Source: Octopus sinensis
Lineage: Eukaryota
Length of the DNA stretch: 64,000 nucleotides
Direction: 5' to 3'
Assembly (NCBI RefSeq): GCF_006345805.1
Contig: NC_043007.1
Location: 50,158,001 to 50,222,000, forward strand
Shown piece by piece: positions 26,340 through 40,208 of the stretch (positions are counted from its first letter, which is position 1; each line of letters opens with the position of its first letter). Both the position numbers and the translations under genes were made by a program. The notes beneath the pieces are model-generated. The model was given only the letters and a program-made list of their open reading frames with translations, had not been told where the DNA came from and searched no databases.

Positions 26340-26640
26340 CAAATCCGCGACAACTCCAGCGGGATTACTATCTTTCGGTGTTCATACTGCCTCTGTCGCT
26401 AATATATATTTTTAACAAGCTCTTTGGCTAATCGCGATACCAGCGCCTGTTCTGACACTGTTTTTTCTATATATCACTGGCGGGGGAGATGAGTCGTTGC
26501 TATCTCTAGCGTCTATTATTTACGAGTCGAAGGAAGTTCGAAATCACGTGACCTGGTGGTCTCGGCGCTGGAGGTGGCTGGGATTTCTCTCCCTACATGA
26601 GCCATGATCAAGAATGCATTTCGAACCAAAAGCCACTATG
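26340..26640. repeat. Unclassified dispersed repeat, copy 2 (homologous to 6180-6500)
   Basis: See copy 1. Confidence 0.7.
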
Positions 26641-27203
26641 GTATCTACAGCTGTATAGCTTGTCCAAACAGAACATCCATTTTTAAGTGGAGATAACTAT
26701 TCCTTCTGTCGCTAATATAAATGTTTTATTTGAATGTTGTCTGCTGCTTTTCTTACGAATTGCTGTGAATTTCATTTCGATAGGACAGGAACTCATCTCA
26801 CCTCGGGTGACATTAGTTCTTCCTCATAAGAGATCAGTTTTTAGTGGAGAGTTCTTGCAGTGAAAGGTTCTCTGACTCAGAGTTTTCATAGATTTTTATT
26901 TTCCTTTGGGAATTTTTCGTTCTTCTCTTTTGATGATGTCTGCTTATCCCAACTAACATTCATTTAGTCACCATCCTCATAACTGGATGACGTAGTGCTG
27001 CTATGAGGAGGCACTTCTTGATTGTTTTCTGTTGGATCATGTAGATGTTGCTGTGCTTGTCTCTTTCTAGTCTTCGTCGGATCTGACTGCAACATGGAGC
27101 TTCTGGACCTCATGTCTCTCATACTTATATAGGTCACATAATTACACGACATATACTCATATATGAACACATGCTCATATCAACATCTGCATACTATTCT
27201 ATG

Positions 27204-27239
<36 letters not shown>

Positions 27240-27411
27240 TCACACAAGCCCATATGCGGATGAATGCATCATACATTATATACTAGTACCTCTTTCATAT
27301 CTTCGCAAATGTATGCCCGTAAACTCCCAGCAAAGCATAAAGAATCAACATTAGAAATCTTTTTTGGGAAATCTCCAATTAAAAGACGAATCGACATTCA
27401 ACCTTTATACA

Positions 27412-27429
<18 letters not shown>

Positions 27430-27447
<18 letters not shown>

Positions 27448-27830
27448 TAGTGGGTAGCGATTTTCTTCACTGCTTCAGGGAGTGATGGCCCTGTCTGACA
27501 CGAGTCCCTGGTTCAGCTGGCTCCGGCTGACAGTACTCGGTATGGGCCCCTATCCAGGGTTACGGAAAGGAGACAACCTTCAAAGAAATCCGGAGTGGAG
27601 TCCCGTAGGCGGTTTAATGCAAGAGCTACGGGAAGACTCGACATTCTTCTGGCAGCTCTTGCAACCAAGCTGGTGTCAAGCGTAATGCTCTGCACTACTT
27701 TGGACTACGTCAGCAAGGTCGAGAGAAGAATCCTGACGATTGGGCTACCCAGGATTTTCTTACATCTAGCCCAGACCTACCCAAAAAAACAGATTGGATT
27801 ATTTTATACGCAACTCCATTGTCAACCTAG
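27430..27830 (+). mobile_element. Probable RTE-clade LINE 5' UTR fragment
   Basis: GC-richer block with ACCAAGCTGGTGTCAAGCGTA and CCTGACGA.TGGGC..CCC segments, similar from recall to mollusc RTE 5' ends; no ORF. Confidence 0.35.
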
Positions 27831-27842
27831 ACAAAAGGATGC

Positions 27843-27883
<41 letters not shown>

Positions 27884-28052
27884 TCAATTGTTTTGACTCT
27901 TATCTCTAGCAATACTGGTACTACTTAGTACCTCCTGTCACTTTAGTGACGTCTATAAATTTGCCATTAGGTTGTTAAATTGCTAATAAGCCATACATAC
28001 ATACATACATACATACATACCATACATACATACATACATACATACATAAATA

Positions 28053-28084
<32 letters not shown>

Positions 28085-28762
28085 ATATATATACATACAC
28101 ACAGATACAGACAGACACAGACAAACACATCATACACACAGGCACACACACACACACACACACGCACGCACATACATTCATGCATACATTTCTGTTAAAG
28201 ACATGGATCCATGTGTTAAAGGAAAGGATATATATAATACCTACGTTTATTTTAATGGGTGTAACTGCTTTGGTTTTCACATATCTTTCAGTTTCGTGTA
28301 TGTGTATGTATATATATATATGTAAATACAGACACATAACTATATATCTACTTACCTGCCTGCCTCCCTCCCTCCCTCCCTACCTCCCTACCTACCTACA
28401 TACATACATATATAATACATGCATACATACATAATTTACATATACATATTTATACATGTGCGTATGTGTGTGTGATTATTAAGTTCCCCATTTAATTCTT
28501 TCATAAGCCACATGTTTTCTGACTCATAGGCCGCTCGCCCTTCCTTCAAAAATAATTAGAGGGATCATCGCCAAGAATGCTGGGGGAGGATCATTTACCT
28601 TGCTGACGTAACCAACTTCTGTTTAGTTGTCTCCAATACATTCTTGGTTTGCTTCCAGGGATTTTAAAGATTAAAAACGAATGAAAACGTGCACTTTTCT
28701 TATAGAAAAATAAAGTAAGAGTGAAGTATGGCATATATTTGAAACGATATCACTTCGATTGG

Positions 28763-28823
<61 letters not shown>

Positions 28824-29214
28824 TAGTAGTAGTAGTAGGGCTAGTCATTTTTAGGGTTGGGGCAAGTCGGTTACACCGACCCTAGGGTTTGACTGGTACT
28901 TATTTATGAATCTCGAAGGAATGGAAGCAGCGTGTTATTAGCAACAAGGTCTCATACATACAAATAAAGCACTAACATAAGGAGGCTGCCAAAACACATA
29001 AGATGGAATAGAAAAAGCTCTATAAGAATGAAGGCTGGTGTAAGAACTTATACAATAAATATATTAAAAGTTAGGGTAAATTAGAAACACAATACATGAT
29101 ATAAATGTCATTAAAAGAAGATAAATCTTACAGTGTGGAAACAAAGTTTGTCACCTACTTACGAATAAGAAAATTTCCATCTGTGTCAGGTCAGTGTAGG
29201 CTACAGCTCTGATT

Positions 29215-29434
29215 TTCTTCTTCTTCTTCTTCTTCTTCTTCTTCTTCTTCTTCTTCTTCTTCTTCTTCTTCTTCTTCTTCTTCTTCTTCTTCTTCTTCTT
29301 CTTCTTCTTCTTCTTCTCTTCTTCTTCTTCTTCTTCTTCTTCTTCTTCTTCTTCTTCTTCTTCTTCTTCTTCTTCTTCTTCTTCTTCTTCTTCTTCTTCT
29401 TCTTCTTCTTCTTCTTCTTCTTCGTCTTCTTCTT
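29215..29434. repeat. Long (TTC)n tract
   Basis: About 70 units, nearly pure, with one internal slip. Confidence 0.98.
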
Positions 29435-30729
29435 GGCCTCTTGGAATCGAAAACATGCTAAGGCGATGTTTCCATAACTGCACCTGATAGTTCATAGACC
29501 GCTGTTGGTATTACTGCTTTCCTGCTTTAACATTTTTCTATCTTATCAAATTAGAAAGCCAAAATGTTATTGTCACTACAACATGTATAGCAGCTGGACT
29601 GTTTGTTTGTGCAGCAACGGCTACAGAGCACGATATTGGGATAGTTTTATGCTCCTGCCGAGTTACATATTGCCCACGCTATATACCTTTATAGCTGTAC
29701 AATACGAATGTCACCGATGTCTTTTACAGAAACTTTCATGTTTGGTCATCCTAATGAATGTAGTTGAGATCACTACTCCTCACGTGAATATTGTGGACCA
29801 TATGGTAAAGACCTCAAAATGCAAACATTCGCAAAAAAGTTTCTTTCGAGATATCAGGCTGCTTAAATTGTCAATAGTACTTGACTAGCAAGAGTATTTT
29901 AATGAAATTCCCATAAAGCAAAGTCGTCCCTTTGAATTTCGAACTCGAAACCTAAAGGGAAAACAACATAAGTAAAAACTACAAGAAATATTTTTTCGTC
30001 ATGCGATCTCACAACAGCTCAATTTACAAACCCATTCGTAGTAGTATTGAGAAAATATTGTCTACTTTTAGAAGCGAAACTGCTTCTATACAATTCACAG
30101 AAATAGTAAAATTTAGTTTCCAGAAGTGGAAGATAAACTGATGATATCATATTTGTTACACCTGATGTTAAGGTAACATTGTAAATAGATAATTCGAAAA
30201 CTCTCTTGAGAAAACATTGATAAGAGATTTGGCAGGTATGGATATGAAAAGAATTCTAATAGCATCTACATATTTAAGTGTGGGGCAGTTAAATTGGTGT
30301 TGTACTAGAAAGATTGGTTGATGAATTGTTCATACAATCATAACATAACATATTACAGCGGTTTCTTATAACAAGATTGTGTAACACTAGCGATAAAAGT
30401 CGTTTAGTTTACCACTGTGATAAGTGATGTTAAACCGAGCTTCACTTACACCGCTATCTTTAGACATGGCATAATAGTTCAATCATATGTTTTCATACAG
30501 ATACTCACATACATAGACACACATACACACACATTTATATATGCACACACGGATACATATATATATATTTGATATATTTGTATGCTTTACTTTTAATTTA
30601 TTTTGTTTGTATCTGTCGAAATCTGCAGAACCAGAAGTTTCTGCCTTTAATATAACACATAGTCTCCTTTGGAAATGGATAAACACTGATTTAGCGATAA
30701 AACCTCGAATATTATTATTATTATTATTA

Positions 30730-30772
<43 letters not shown>

Positions 30773-30939
30773 CATTATTATTATCATTATTATATTTATT
30801 TTTTTTTCTTCTTTCAAATTTGCTTCCATTTCTTGCCGAGTTTCTTCCGACTCCTAGGGCAAAGAAACTCATAGTATATATTGGTAGGCCATTAAAAAAA
30901 CTCAATAATTCGTTCATTTAAAAATTTTTTTTTTTTTTT

Positions 30940-31630
30940 AAGTTAAATAAAATACATGAGCAGCAACAGTTCTCACATCGACAAGGCTCTTCTCAATACG
31001 TGTGATGTACCAGTTAAGACAATCTTTGCACTTCTTGCAGGGATGGTAGCCAGGGATCATTCTCATATAATTTTCGGTTCCCTTCTTGATCATTCCTAGT
31101 GCTCCTACGATCACTGGTATTGTAACCGACTTGAGATGCCACATTTTCTCAATTTCAATGAGTAGGTCATTATATTTTCTGAGCTTGTCAAACTCTTTCG
31201 CTGAGATATTATGATCACAGGGGCATGCTCATGTCGATCAATAAGCAAACTTTATTGTTTTGATCTTTCACAACAATATTGGTTATTGGCCTTGATGGTC
31301 GGTCTGTATGTACTGGAAAGTCTCACAGAATGGTTACATTTTCTCCTTCAGTTACAGCCTCAGGGTGGTGATTATACCACTTGTCGGCGTTTTGATATTG
31401 TAATGCCGACTTATTAGCCAGTGTAGATATTGACCAACTCTGTCATGTCTTAATTTATACTCCACTGGTGCTAAGACTTTACATCCAGAGATTAGGTGGT
31501 CCACTGTTTCAATCATGTCGTTGCAGAATCGGCATTTTGGGTCTGCTCCATTTTTCATCACATTGGCCTGGTAGTAGTTCCGGGTAATAGGCTTTGATCT
31601 TGAGCAGCCAGGATGAAACCTTCGCTCTCT
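30940..31630 (-). mobile_element. R4/Dong-like LINE 3' fragment (third subfamily)
   Basis: CRFCNDMIETVDHLISGC, KLRHDRVGQYLHW and WHLKSVTIPVIVGALGMIKKG. Confidence 0.88.
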
Positions 31631-31699
31631 ATTATTATTTATTATATTATTATTATTATTATTATTATATTATTATTATATTATTATTATTATAGTATT

Positions 31700-32956
31700 A
31701 TTCTATGTTTGACATTTGCTTTATGTCTGATCAGTTGGCTCCAAGTCCACCCAGAGACCTCAAGAGAACAACAGGTTGGAAGTATCTCGTGCCGTATTAT
31801 ATGGGTCTTTTTTTTTTTTTTTGGTGTTGTAATAGTGAATGTCTAATATTATAAAAAATAAAATAAAAAAAAATAAACTTAAAATAAAATAAAATAAATT
31901 AAATAAATAATAAAAAAGTTGTTTTTTTAACCATGGGATTACATAGAGAGTATTTTGCGTAGGATATGAGAGTTCCAATGAGCGCATATCTTTTGAATTT
32001 CTGCCATTTTGAGGTGTACTGGTATGAGTTAGGTAGTAGTAATTAGTCCCTGAGCGCTATAATTCCCAGGGCACCTATGACAACAGTTTGTTTTATAGTA
32101 TTCAGGTCAACATTTTGATTGATTCTATTTCAAGATCTTTTATTTGCTCAGTTTTTGGTAGTTTAGGTCTTGACGATACGTTATATCATTGGGATAGTCA
32201 TATATGAGGTGGCATCGTTCTTTGTCTGAAGTCTTTCAATATGATTTGTCTGGCCTATTGCATCTATTTCCTGTCAGTTTGAATGGTGAAGCTTCCAGAG
32301 GAATGAGATGTGGTCATTTTCAAGCACTGGAGGTGGATTGTGTTCCCACCAGTTGTTTTCATGGGGCAAATCCAGGTTTTTGCAAATTACCCAGTGAATA
32401 TATTGTGCAGCTCTATCATGCCTGTTGAGGTATTCTGTAGGCGCTAGAAGACTGCATTTGGAGACAACATGATCAATGGTTTCATTTTGTTGTCGGCATA
32501 CACGACATGTTGGGCTACTGCCGTTCTTTAATATGTTGGCCTGGTAGTTTCTTGTTTGTAGGCATTGATCTTGAGCTGCTATGATAAACCCCTCTGTTTC
32601 AGATTTTAAGCCAGAGGCCATTAGCCATTGATGGGTCAGGGCTTTGTCAATATCTGCATTATTCGCTCTCTTTGGGTATTTGCCATAGAGAGGTTTTTCT
32701 TGCCATTTATTATTCAGAATATCTAAGGCCGCAGTTTTGGCACGGGTTTTCATGCGCTTAGCTTTTTCTGTGCTTGTTTCTTGTATGTCTATCTCTATTT
32801 CCGAAATTGGTTGTATTCGGAATTCACTTAGATATTCCTTTGCCTGTTTTGTGACTGAGTATGATGCTTTCTTGTTTTCATATTTTGAGACAAGTTTTAA
32901 CATCCAGTCCTCAGAGTTTTTCAAGTAGGTGTCTAGGCCAATTGTAGCAATCTTCA

Positions 32957-32958
<2 letters not shown>
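31700..32958 (-). mobile_element. R4/Dong-like LINE, 5'-truncated (same subfamily as 9920-10925)
   Basis: KWQEKPLYGKY, SETEGFIIAAQDQ, CRVCRQQNETIDH and RHDRAAQYIHW; near-identical 3' UTR; (ATT)n on both sides. Confidence 0.92.
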
Positions 32959-33045
<87 letters not shown>

Positions 33046-33070
33046 AATAATAATATTAATAATAATAATA

Positions 33071-33605
33071 AATCACCATTCAAACTGACAGAAAGATAGA
33101 CGCGAATAGGCCGGACATCATAGTAAAATACTTCAGACAAAAAACATGCCTCCTCATTGATATGACTGTCCCAATCGATATAAACGTATCTGTCAAGACC
33201 TACCAGAAACTGAGCAAATATAAAGATCTGGAAATAGAAATCAGTAAAATGTGGAACCTGAAGACTAAAACAATACCTGTTGTCATAGGAATGACAGCAA
33301 AAGGGGCTGATTGCTACCTAACTCAGATACCAGGAAAGCCAAAACTGGCAGAAATTCAAAAGATAGTGCTCATGGGAACTGCTCATATCCTACGCAAAAT
33401 ACTTTCTATGTAATCCCAAGTTTTAAAACAAACAATTTTCGTATGGTTTTTTTAGGCATTCACTAGTACAACACTAAGTACAAAACCAAATATATGGCAC
33501 ACTAGGCATAACACCAACATGAACTTCCAACTTGTTGTCTCTTGAGGTCTCTGAGTGAGACTTGGAGCCAGCTTGTACAAATGTAAAGCAAGAGTCAAAC
33601 ATAGA
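33071..33605 (+). mobile_element. R4/Dong-like LINE 3' end, inverted relative to 31700-32958
   Basis: RPDIIVK, TVPIDINVSVKTYQKLSKYKDLE and GTAHILRKILSM, then the 3' UTR and an (ATA)n tail. Confidence 0.92.
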
Positions 33606-33999
33606 ATGATAATAATAATAATAATAATAACAATAATAATAATAATATACTTCTACGCTTCGTACACGCACATACAAACACTTCATCTATTCAATTCTAA
33701 GATACATGTATATGAAACAATATGACATATCTAAAAATTACACATTTATTCCTGTAACGAATGTGATTTTATAGCAAGCCTGACTCTGTACAAGTAAGTG
33801 TAACATTCTTCTCACTCGCTTACCTTCTCTCGCCCAAGCTATAGATAATAGCCCTGCATACGATTGTATAGACAAGAAGGAATAACAAGAATTTTATAAC
33901 ATTTCTATATTTACTTCAAGGGCGATAAATAAAGGTACATTATTTAGCTAGATTAAAGGTGTTGAAGTTAAAGCTGAATCAGTTATGAAATATAAGAGA

Positions 34000-34680
34000 C
34001 ATAGGGAACAAAATGAAATCTTCTAAACGAGACAGTGGGTCTAGAGACCAATCAAGGGATTCTACAGCTCTATGCTTACCCTGACTATTAGAGCAGATGC
34101 TCTGTCCAAATTATTATCTCCAGCCTACAGGCACAAGTTGGCAGTGGGCCGAGTCTTTATGTTCTTTTCATTTATTTATTTTTTTCGTAAAATTTCTTGA
34201 AAAGCACCATCGTTCTCTCTAAGTAGAACTTGTTTAAGGAGATGAGAGTTTGACCAAAGCGGAAGGTATTAATCTTCTGTCCTTTTCAATCTTATCCATC
34301 AGACAAGGGAAAACTGGTTGCCCTTAAAGAACTGTTTCGTTGTCCTGCATCTATATCGGTTAACGGTGTTGCCATATTTGCATATTGTATTTACAATAGG
34401 AAATATAGCTCAGTAGTTTTGTCTGATTAGACGTTTCTAGAAAACCTACATTGATCTTAATCTAAAGCCCCATTAGAATAAGCTATTCGGTTAACCCTAG
34501 TCGGTTCTGAGATTCTCTGGAGAACATCGCCACTCCTGCCTATCAATAGCACCATACCGAATGCAATGGTTGAATCTTCAACGGCTACGTTTCTCGTATG
34601 GTAAGCAATTGTAGGCAGCTTTTTTAACATTCCAATTATGGAGAGTACACTCCAGGATGAGGAGTGCACATATCAAAGTG
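34000..34680 (-). mobile_element. RTE-like LINE RT remnant
   Basis: GMVLLIGRSGDVLQRI...DQCRFSRN resembles GISLLSxxGKVxxRI...SQCGFR; many stops. Confidence 0.45.
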
Positions 34681-34899
34681 ATTACCTTCATATTTTCAAT
34701 ATAAATGCTGCTTAACACTACGCACATGTTAAGTAGGGTACATTCGACGTAATAGTACTACAAGACAGTGCACAATTAGTGTATAATAGCACTATAAGGC
34801 AGTGCACAATTAACTAACAGCAGAATACGTGGAAATAAAGCAAAATACAGTAACAGCAAAGAATGGGGGAGTGGTTACTAGATATTTTCGTTTTAGACA

Positions 34900-35400
34900 A
34901 GAAAGAATACATCAATAAGTGTGGCAGAACTTACATTTACTGCAAGTTGTGTTAGAATTATGCAAAATCACCTGAAAGGGAACGCCACAGACACAGACTA
35001 GAATATGTTTGAGAATATGACAAAGTGATAATGTTTGGAGATATAACCTGTACAGCCGAACAAGGGTGTGAAAATAATTGTGTGGATATTGTTGTTAAGG
35101 ACCACCAGGAAATTAAGTGCCTCCTAAAAGAAGTATTCCAACAAATGGCAAAGTATCACTCAAAGAAATGGAGAAAGTATCCAAATAGGAACAATCCAGT
35201 AATGGAGAAATCCTGAATGTAGGGACTGAAAACAGATGCAATTACTATAATAAGAGGCAACTTTAGAAGGATTTATAAAAATATATAGATAAATACATAA
35301 CTCAGACCCCAGGACATGCAGTTATATACAACATATAGGAAATGGCACTGCATACATGTTATGCCGAGGTCTCTTAATGCATAGAAAATACGAAAAGCAA
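34900..35400 (+). mobile_element. Old R4/Dong-like LINE 3' remnant
   Basis: KVIMFGD...NCVDIVVKDHQEIKCLL...GNGTAYMLCRGL aligns to ILWD...NRPDIVVKD...CLL...GTAHILRR. Confidence 0.65.
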
Positions 35401-35404
35401 ACTA

Positions 35405-35720
35405 TCAGGCCGTCGGTTACGATGATAAAGGTTCTAGTTGATCCGATTAATGGAACAAACGGCACGTGAAATGAACGCACAGGGGACTGAATATTCCACA
35501 GACACGAGTACCTTTACGTAGTTTTCAGGGAGATCTAGCTTGATACAGAATGTGACAATGTTGGCTCTTTTGAATTACGGTAATAACTCATTTTTGCCTG
35601 TTGAGTGGACTGGAGCAACGGGAAATAAATTGTTTTTTCTCAAGGACACCGTCGGTAATCGAACTCACAACCTTACAATCATGAGCTAAATACACTATAC
35701 ACTAAGCCATGGGCCTTCAC
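35405..35720 (-). mobile_element. Composite SINE: family D-like head plus family C tail
   Basis: 35600-35720 resembles the head at 700-768; 35405-35600 resembles the tail at 2171-2370. Confidence 0.6.
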
Positions 35721-35834
35721 GAAAATCAAAGCAATACACTACACGTACACAAAGCACACATAACTTAAGAGGTTGTGCAGTAGATATGCCATAAAATATA
35801 TATTACTCAGTAATAATGCTCCCTATGCACGAAT

Positions 35835-36012
35835 CTCGAAATTTTGGGGGAACAGGTAAATCGGCCCTAATACTAGATTGATACTCATTTCATCGACTCT
35901 GAAAGGATGAAAGGCAAAATTGAATTCGAAGGCATTTGAACTCAGAACGTAAAGGCGGACGAAATGCTGCTAAGTTCTCCGGAGTGCTAACGATTCTGCT
36001 AGCTCACCACCG
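35835..36012 (-). mobile_element. SINE family B
   Basis: AAAGGATGAAAGGCAAA...TTTGAACTCAGAACG...CTAACGATTCTGCTAGCTCACC. Confidence 0.8.
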
Positions 36013-36132
36013 TTGTAGCAATAACAACAATAACAACAACAACAACAACAACAACAATAACAACAACAACAACAATGATAATAATAATAATAATAATAAG
36101 GATGATGATGATGATGATGATGATGGTGATAA

Positions 36133-36325
36133 TGATTTCAAATTTTGCCACAAGGCCAGCAATATCGAGGAGGGGTGTAAGTCGTTTGCATCTCAATTTA
36201 TCGACCTCGAGAAGATGAAAGGCAAAGTCAACCGCGGCGGAATTTGAACTCAGAACGTGAAGACGGATGAAATACCGCAAAGCATTTTGGCCGGTGTGCT
36301 AGCGATTCTGCCGGCTCACCGTCCA
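36133..36325 (-). mobile_element. SINE family B
   Basis: GATGAAAGGCAAAGTCAACCGCGGCGGAATTTGAACTCAGAACG...GATTCTGCCGGCTCACCG. Confidence 0.85.
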
Positions 36326-36727
36326 TAATAATAATAATAATCTACAAAATGTTGATGGCGCAAAAATACTCTGCTAAAAATAGCCTGTATTAGATGCAAT
36401 TAATTTGGTCACCAAATGTTCTCTCGTTTGTTTTGTTTATTCTCTTCCGTTAAATGTCAGTAGTGACACAATGAATGTTTGTTTGTATAGCAGTAAGTTT
36501 GTGGTGACCACCATAGAGCAAGTGGTTAGTAACTAGAATGTCATAACTGTGACACAATTACAACTGCAGTCATTTTCGCTTCTAATGTCCTCAATTAAAG
36601 CATGAACGCTACATCACGTATACTTTCACTTAGTTGAGGCTTTTTAATACATTGGCCTTGTGTTAAATTATGAAACGACAGTCATTATTATTATTATTAT
36701 TATTATTATATTATTATTATTATTATT

Positions 36728-36825
36728 ATTGAGTGAGAGCAGTGCATGCCATCAAAGTGACACTGGGATCCAAATATACCAACCCCATAAGGGTACTACA
36801 CCAGGCACATGCATTACAACCATAT
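36728..36825 (+). repeat. Family E fragment inside (TTA)n
   Basis: Reverse match to 25600-25715. Confidence 0.65.
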
Positions 36826-36879
36826 TATTATCATTATTATTATTATTATTATTATTATATTATTATTATATTATTATTA

Positions 36880-36910
<31 letters not shown>

Positions 36911-38599
36911 TATGTAAATGCATGCTAACTTAGTGAACAATGCGAGTTTTCATTCGAATTTGTTTCAGTACTTTAGTTAGCGTTTTTGTTCTTGTGCCAA
37001 GTGTACCAGTTACTACTTGCCTTGGTATTCCGCAGCTTCTTTAGCTCTCTGGCTTGTTGGTGATATTTTTCACTTTTTTCAATAGGCGGCAGAAGAACCC
37101 ATAAAACCTTTTAATGAAGCTAAGTGTCGCATCCCTGACACTTTTTAGGGACTCTGAGAGTAGTGGGGGAAAATTATTCTTATATGAGAAACTTAGTCAG
37201 GATCCTTGCAACACGTTAAAACCTGCTATAATCAATCATGTACCAGGCGATGCTGTTTCAACGGGCGACAGATTAAGTCCACTACTCATAACCAGAGTCG
37301 ATCCTTCTGACAGACTTTTGCATACTTTCCATTTACACAATTTCGCTCACAAAACGTCGGTCAACGTGAAAAGGTGGATGGAATCCGAAACAACGTTGCA
37401 GCAAATTAGATTTCTCAACGACATTGTCACTTTTGCACTGTATCCATCGGTTCCCGTAAATATCAGAAATTTTTGTTAGCTGTTTCGGAAATGTCATTTC
37501 TACAACTTAGTCTATTATGTGTGGGTGCGTTAATTTCTAACCCACTAACCTATGAGTTAATTCTTCGAGACATTTGCATTGATATATGATGGTGTGTGAG
37601 TCGAAGGTTACAGCCGTTTATTTAGAAGACGTGGTATTGAATAACTTAATAATTGAGGGCTTTAATATATTATCTTGCTTTGTTGAATAAACCCATCATA
37701 CTACATCCCGGTAATGTAATTGGCTTATACCTTGGAGAACTGCAGACGGCTGGGGGTGTACGGTATTTGTCATTCAACAGAACAGTCTGTCGTTCGTATC
37801 TTGTTTTTTTCCCACTTTGGTGATGTTTAATGGCCAAGACAACTACATAGTCCACCAACAAGTAATTATGTATCACATATGAACAGATATGACTGCGTGG
37901 TTAACGAAATCGCTTATAAGATACTTGGTTTTGCATTCAATACCAATGTGCACTAAAATTGGGTGTGTTTTCTACTATATGGCTTCAGAGAGAAATTTTG
38001 ACTGAAACGGTATGGAGAGCTGGTGGTAGGTATACTTACAGTTCTGTTGCCAGATTTAACACCACCAGGTAGCCGCTGGGTCGGAGGAAAAATTCCTTTC
38101 TTCCTCTACTCACCAGTCTTGGAAATTCTTAAAACAATCAGGGGTCAGCTCTCCTTCTTTGAACAAGTCATCTAAAACAAAAAGCCATTAGCTACCGCGG
38201 TATGTATAAATTAGCTATTACATGTATGTATCACTTAGGTGCCAAATGGTGTAAATCAATATTACTAAATAGCGAGAATATTGGCAGGTTTGAAGAGTTT
38301 TACAGAGCCCTATTGAAAGCATACAACACCAGTGTGAACAAAATCATGTCTTCCCTCAGTTTGGATCAAATGCCGATGGGATTTAAACTTGGAAAACAAC
38401 TGTCCCAGTTAAGGCCACAATCCAACCATCACGAACAGAACCGGAACACTGAATCTTCCGACAACAAATTACAAAAGATTCGCTGTGTTCATATTCAGAT
38501 TTCAAATATTTCCTTTCTCATTTCTCCAGGTTTTCACTCTTCTTTGTCGTTGTCGTTTTTGAAAACAATATTTCTGCCAACTCAAACCAATCAGTAATA

Positions 38600-39065
38600 T
38601 TAGTTTCAAATTTCGTTTGCACGCAGGACAAAATGCTTAGCGGCATTTTGTCCGACTTTACCTTCTGAGTTCAAATTCCTCCGAGATCGACTTTGTTTTT
38701 TTCATCATTTCGGGTCGATAAAATAAGTACCAGTTGAACACTGGGAATGATGTAAACGACTTTCTCTATCCTCCAAAATTTAAGCATTAGTCCAAAATTT
38801 GAAATCAATATTACTTTCGAATTTTGGTACAAGGTCAGCAATTTCAGAGAAGGCCGTAAGTCGATTATATCGACCCCAGTGCTCAACTGGTACGTTAATT
38901 TATCTAACTGGTGCTTATTTTATCTAACCTAAAGTCGATCTCCATAAAATTTAAACTCAGAACGTGAAGACGGACGAAATGCCTCTAACAATTTTGCTCG
39001 GTAATGAAATCGACTTAGCCTCACTTCGAGCTTACTGGCCTTGTTCCAATATTTGAAACCAATGT
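38600..39065. mobile_element. Cluster of three SINE family B pieces (+, -, partial +)
   Basis: 38600-38800 (+), 38805-38990 (-) and 38995-39065 (+, 3' part). Confidence 0.8.
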
Positions 39066-40033
39066 TCTTAACATAAACGTTAATGATATGGACGTCAACG
39101 ATGACGACGATGAGGAGGACGACGACGTGTGAGGATAATGGTGAAGGTGGGTAGGTGGGTGGTGGTATTGACGAAGACGGGTGATGATGATGATAGTAGT
39201 GTAGATGGTGGTGGTGATCATGATGATGACAACGACGATGAATATGAGATAATAATGATGACGACGACGTTAATGCTGATGGCGATGATGGCGATGATGG
39301 CGATATTGATTATGATAATGGTGATAGGGGGTGATGATGGTGATGACGGCGTAGGGTGATGAAGCTAATGCTAGTGATACTGATAATGATGCTGATGATG
39401 CCGAACACAAAAAGGTTGAAAACGACGGCGAAAATGAGGGTGGGAGTGAGGGTGGTGTGAGGGTGGTGGAGGTCGTCGTTGTGGTGGTGACGACAATGAC
39501 GACGGCTATGATGCCTGTATGAGGAGACGCCCAAACGAACGGAGGGCAGTTGTCATTTCAACAACTTGTTTAAATTGACATTTCGCCTCCACAGCGGCAC
39601 ACGCCTGTCATACGATAAATGACTGGTTTAACATTCAAGCAATTATTATTATCATTATTATCATTATCATCATCATATTCATCATCATTAATATTACTAT
39701 TTTTGTTGTTATTATTCTTATTAAGCAACAAATTCTACATATACCAGCACTTCGATAATAATAAAAATTTGATAGCTTTGTCATAGAAATACGCATATAA
39801 GGAAGTCAGAAAATGCATACAGAAAACACTCACACACACACGCACACACATAAATGTGTTTATGCGCGTTTACGCACATGTATATGTCTGTGTGTATTAT
39901 AACAGACCCACATATCTACACGCGCGCACTCACACAACGCGCACACACAGATATATACATATATAGCGAGAGACTGACGAATATAAATATATGTAAAATA
40001 TATGTATTTATACACAAGTACCCACCCGCACAT

Positions 40034-40120
<87 letters not shown>

Positions 40121-40208
40121 GTACATACATCTCTATGTGTGGCATATACATATGTGCGTGCGTGTGTATGTATATGTATATATATGTGTGTGCGTGTATA
40201 TATATATA

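Noticed and set aside
37100-37480. Mariner-like transposase remnant (minus strand FPHYSQSP...LKGFMG)
   Set aside because: Only loose similarity to HPPYSPDL, many stops and no TIRs found
38202-38597. 131-aa ORF with gag-like FEEFYRALLKAY
   Set aside because: One weak motif; no LTR, PBS, zinc knuckle or pol nearby
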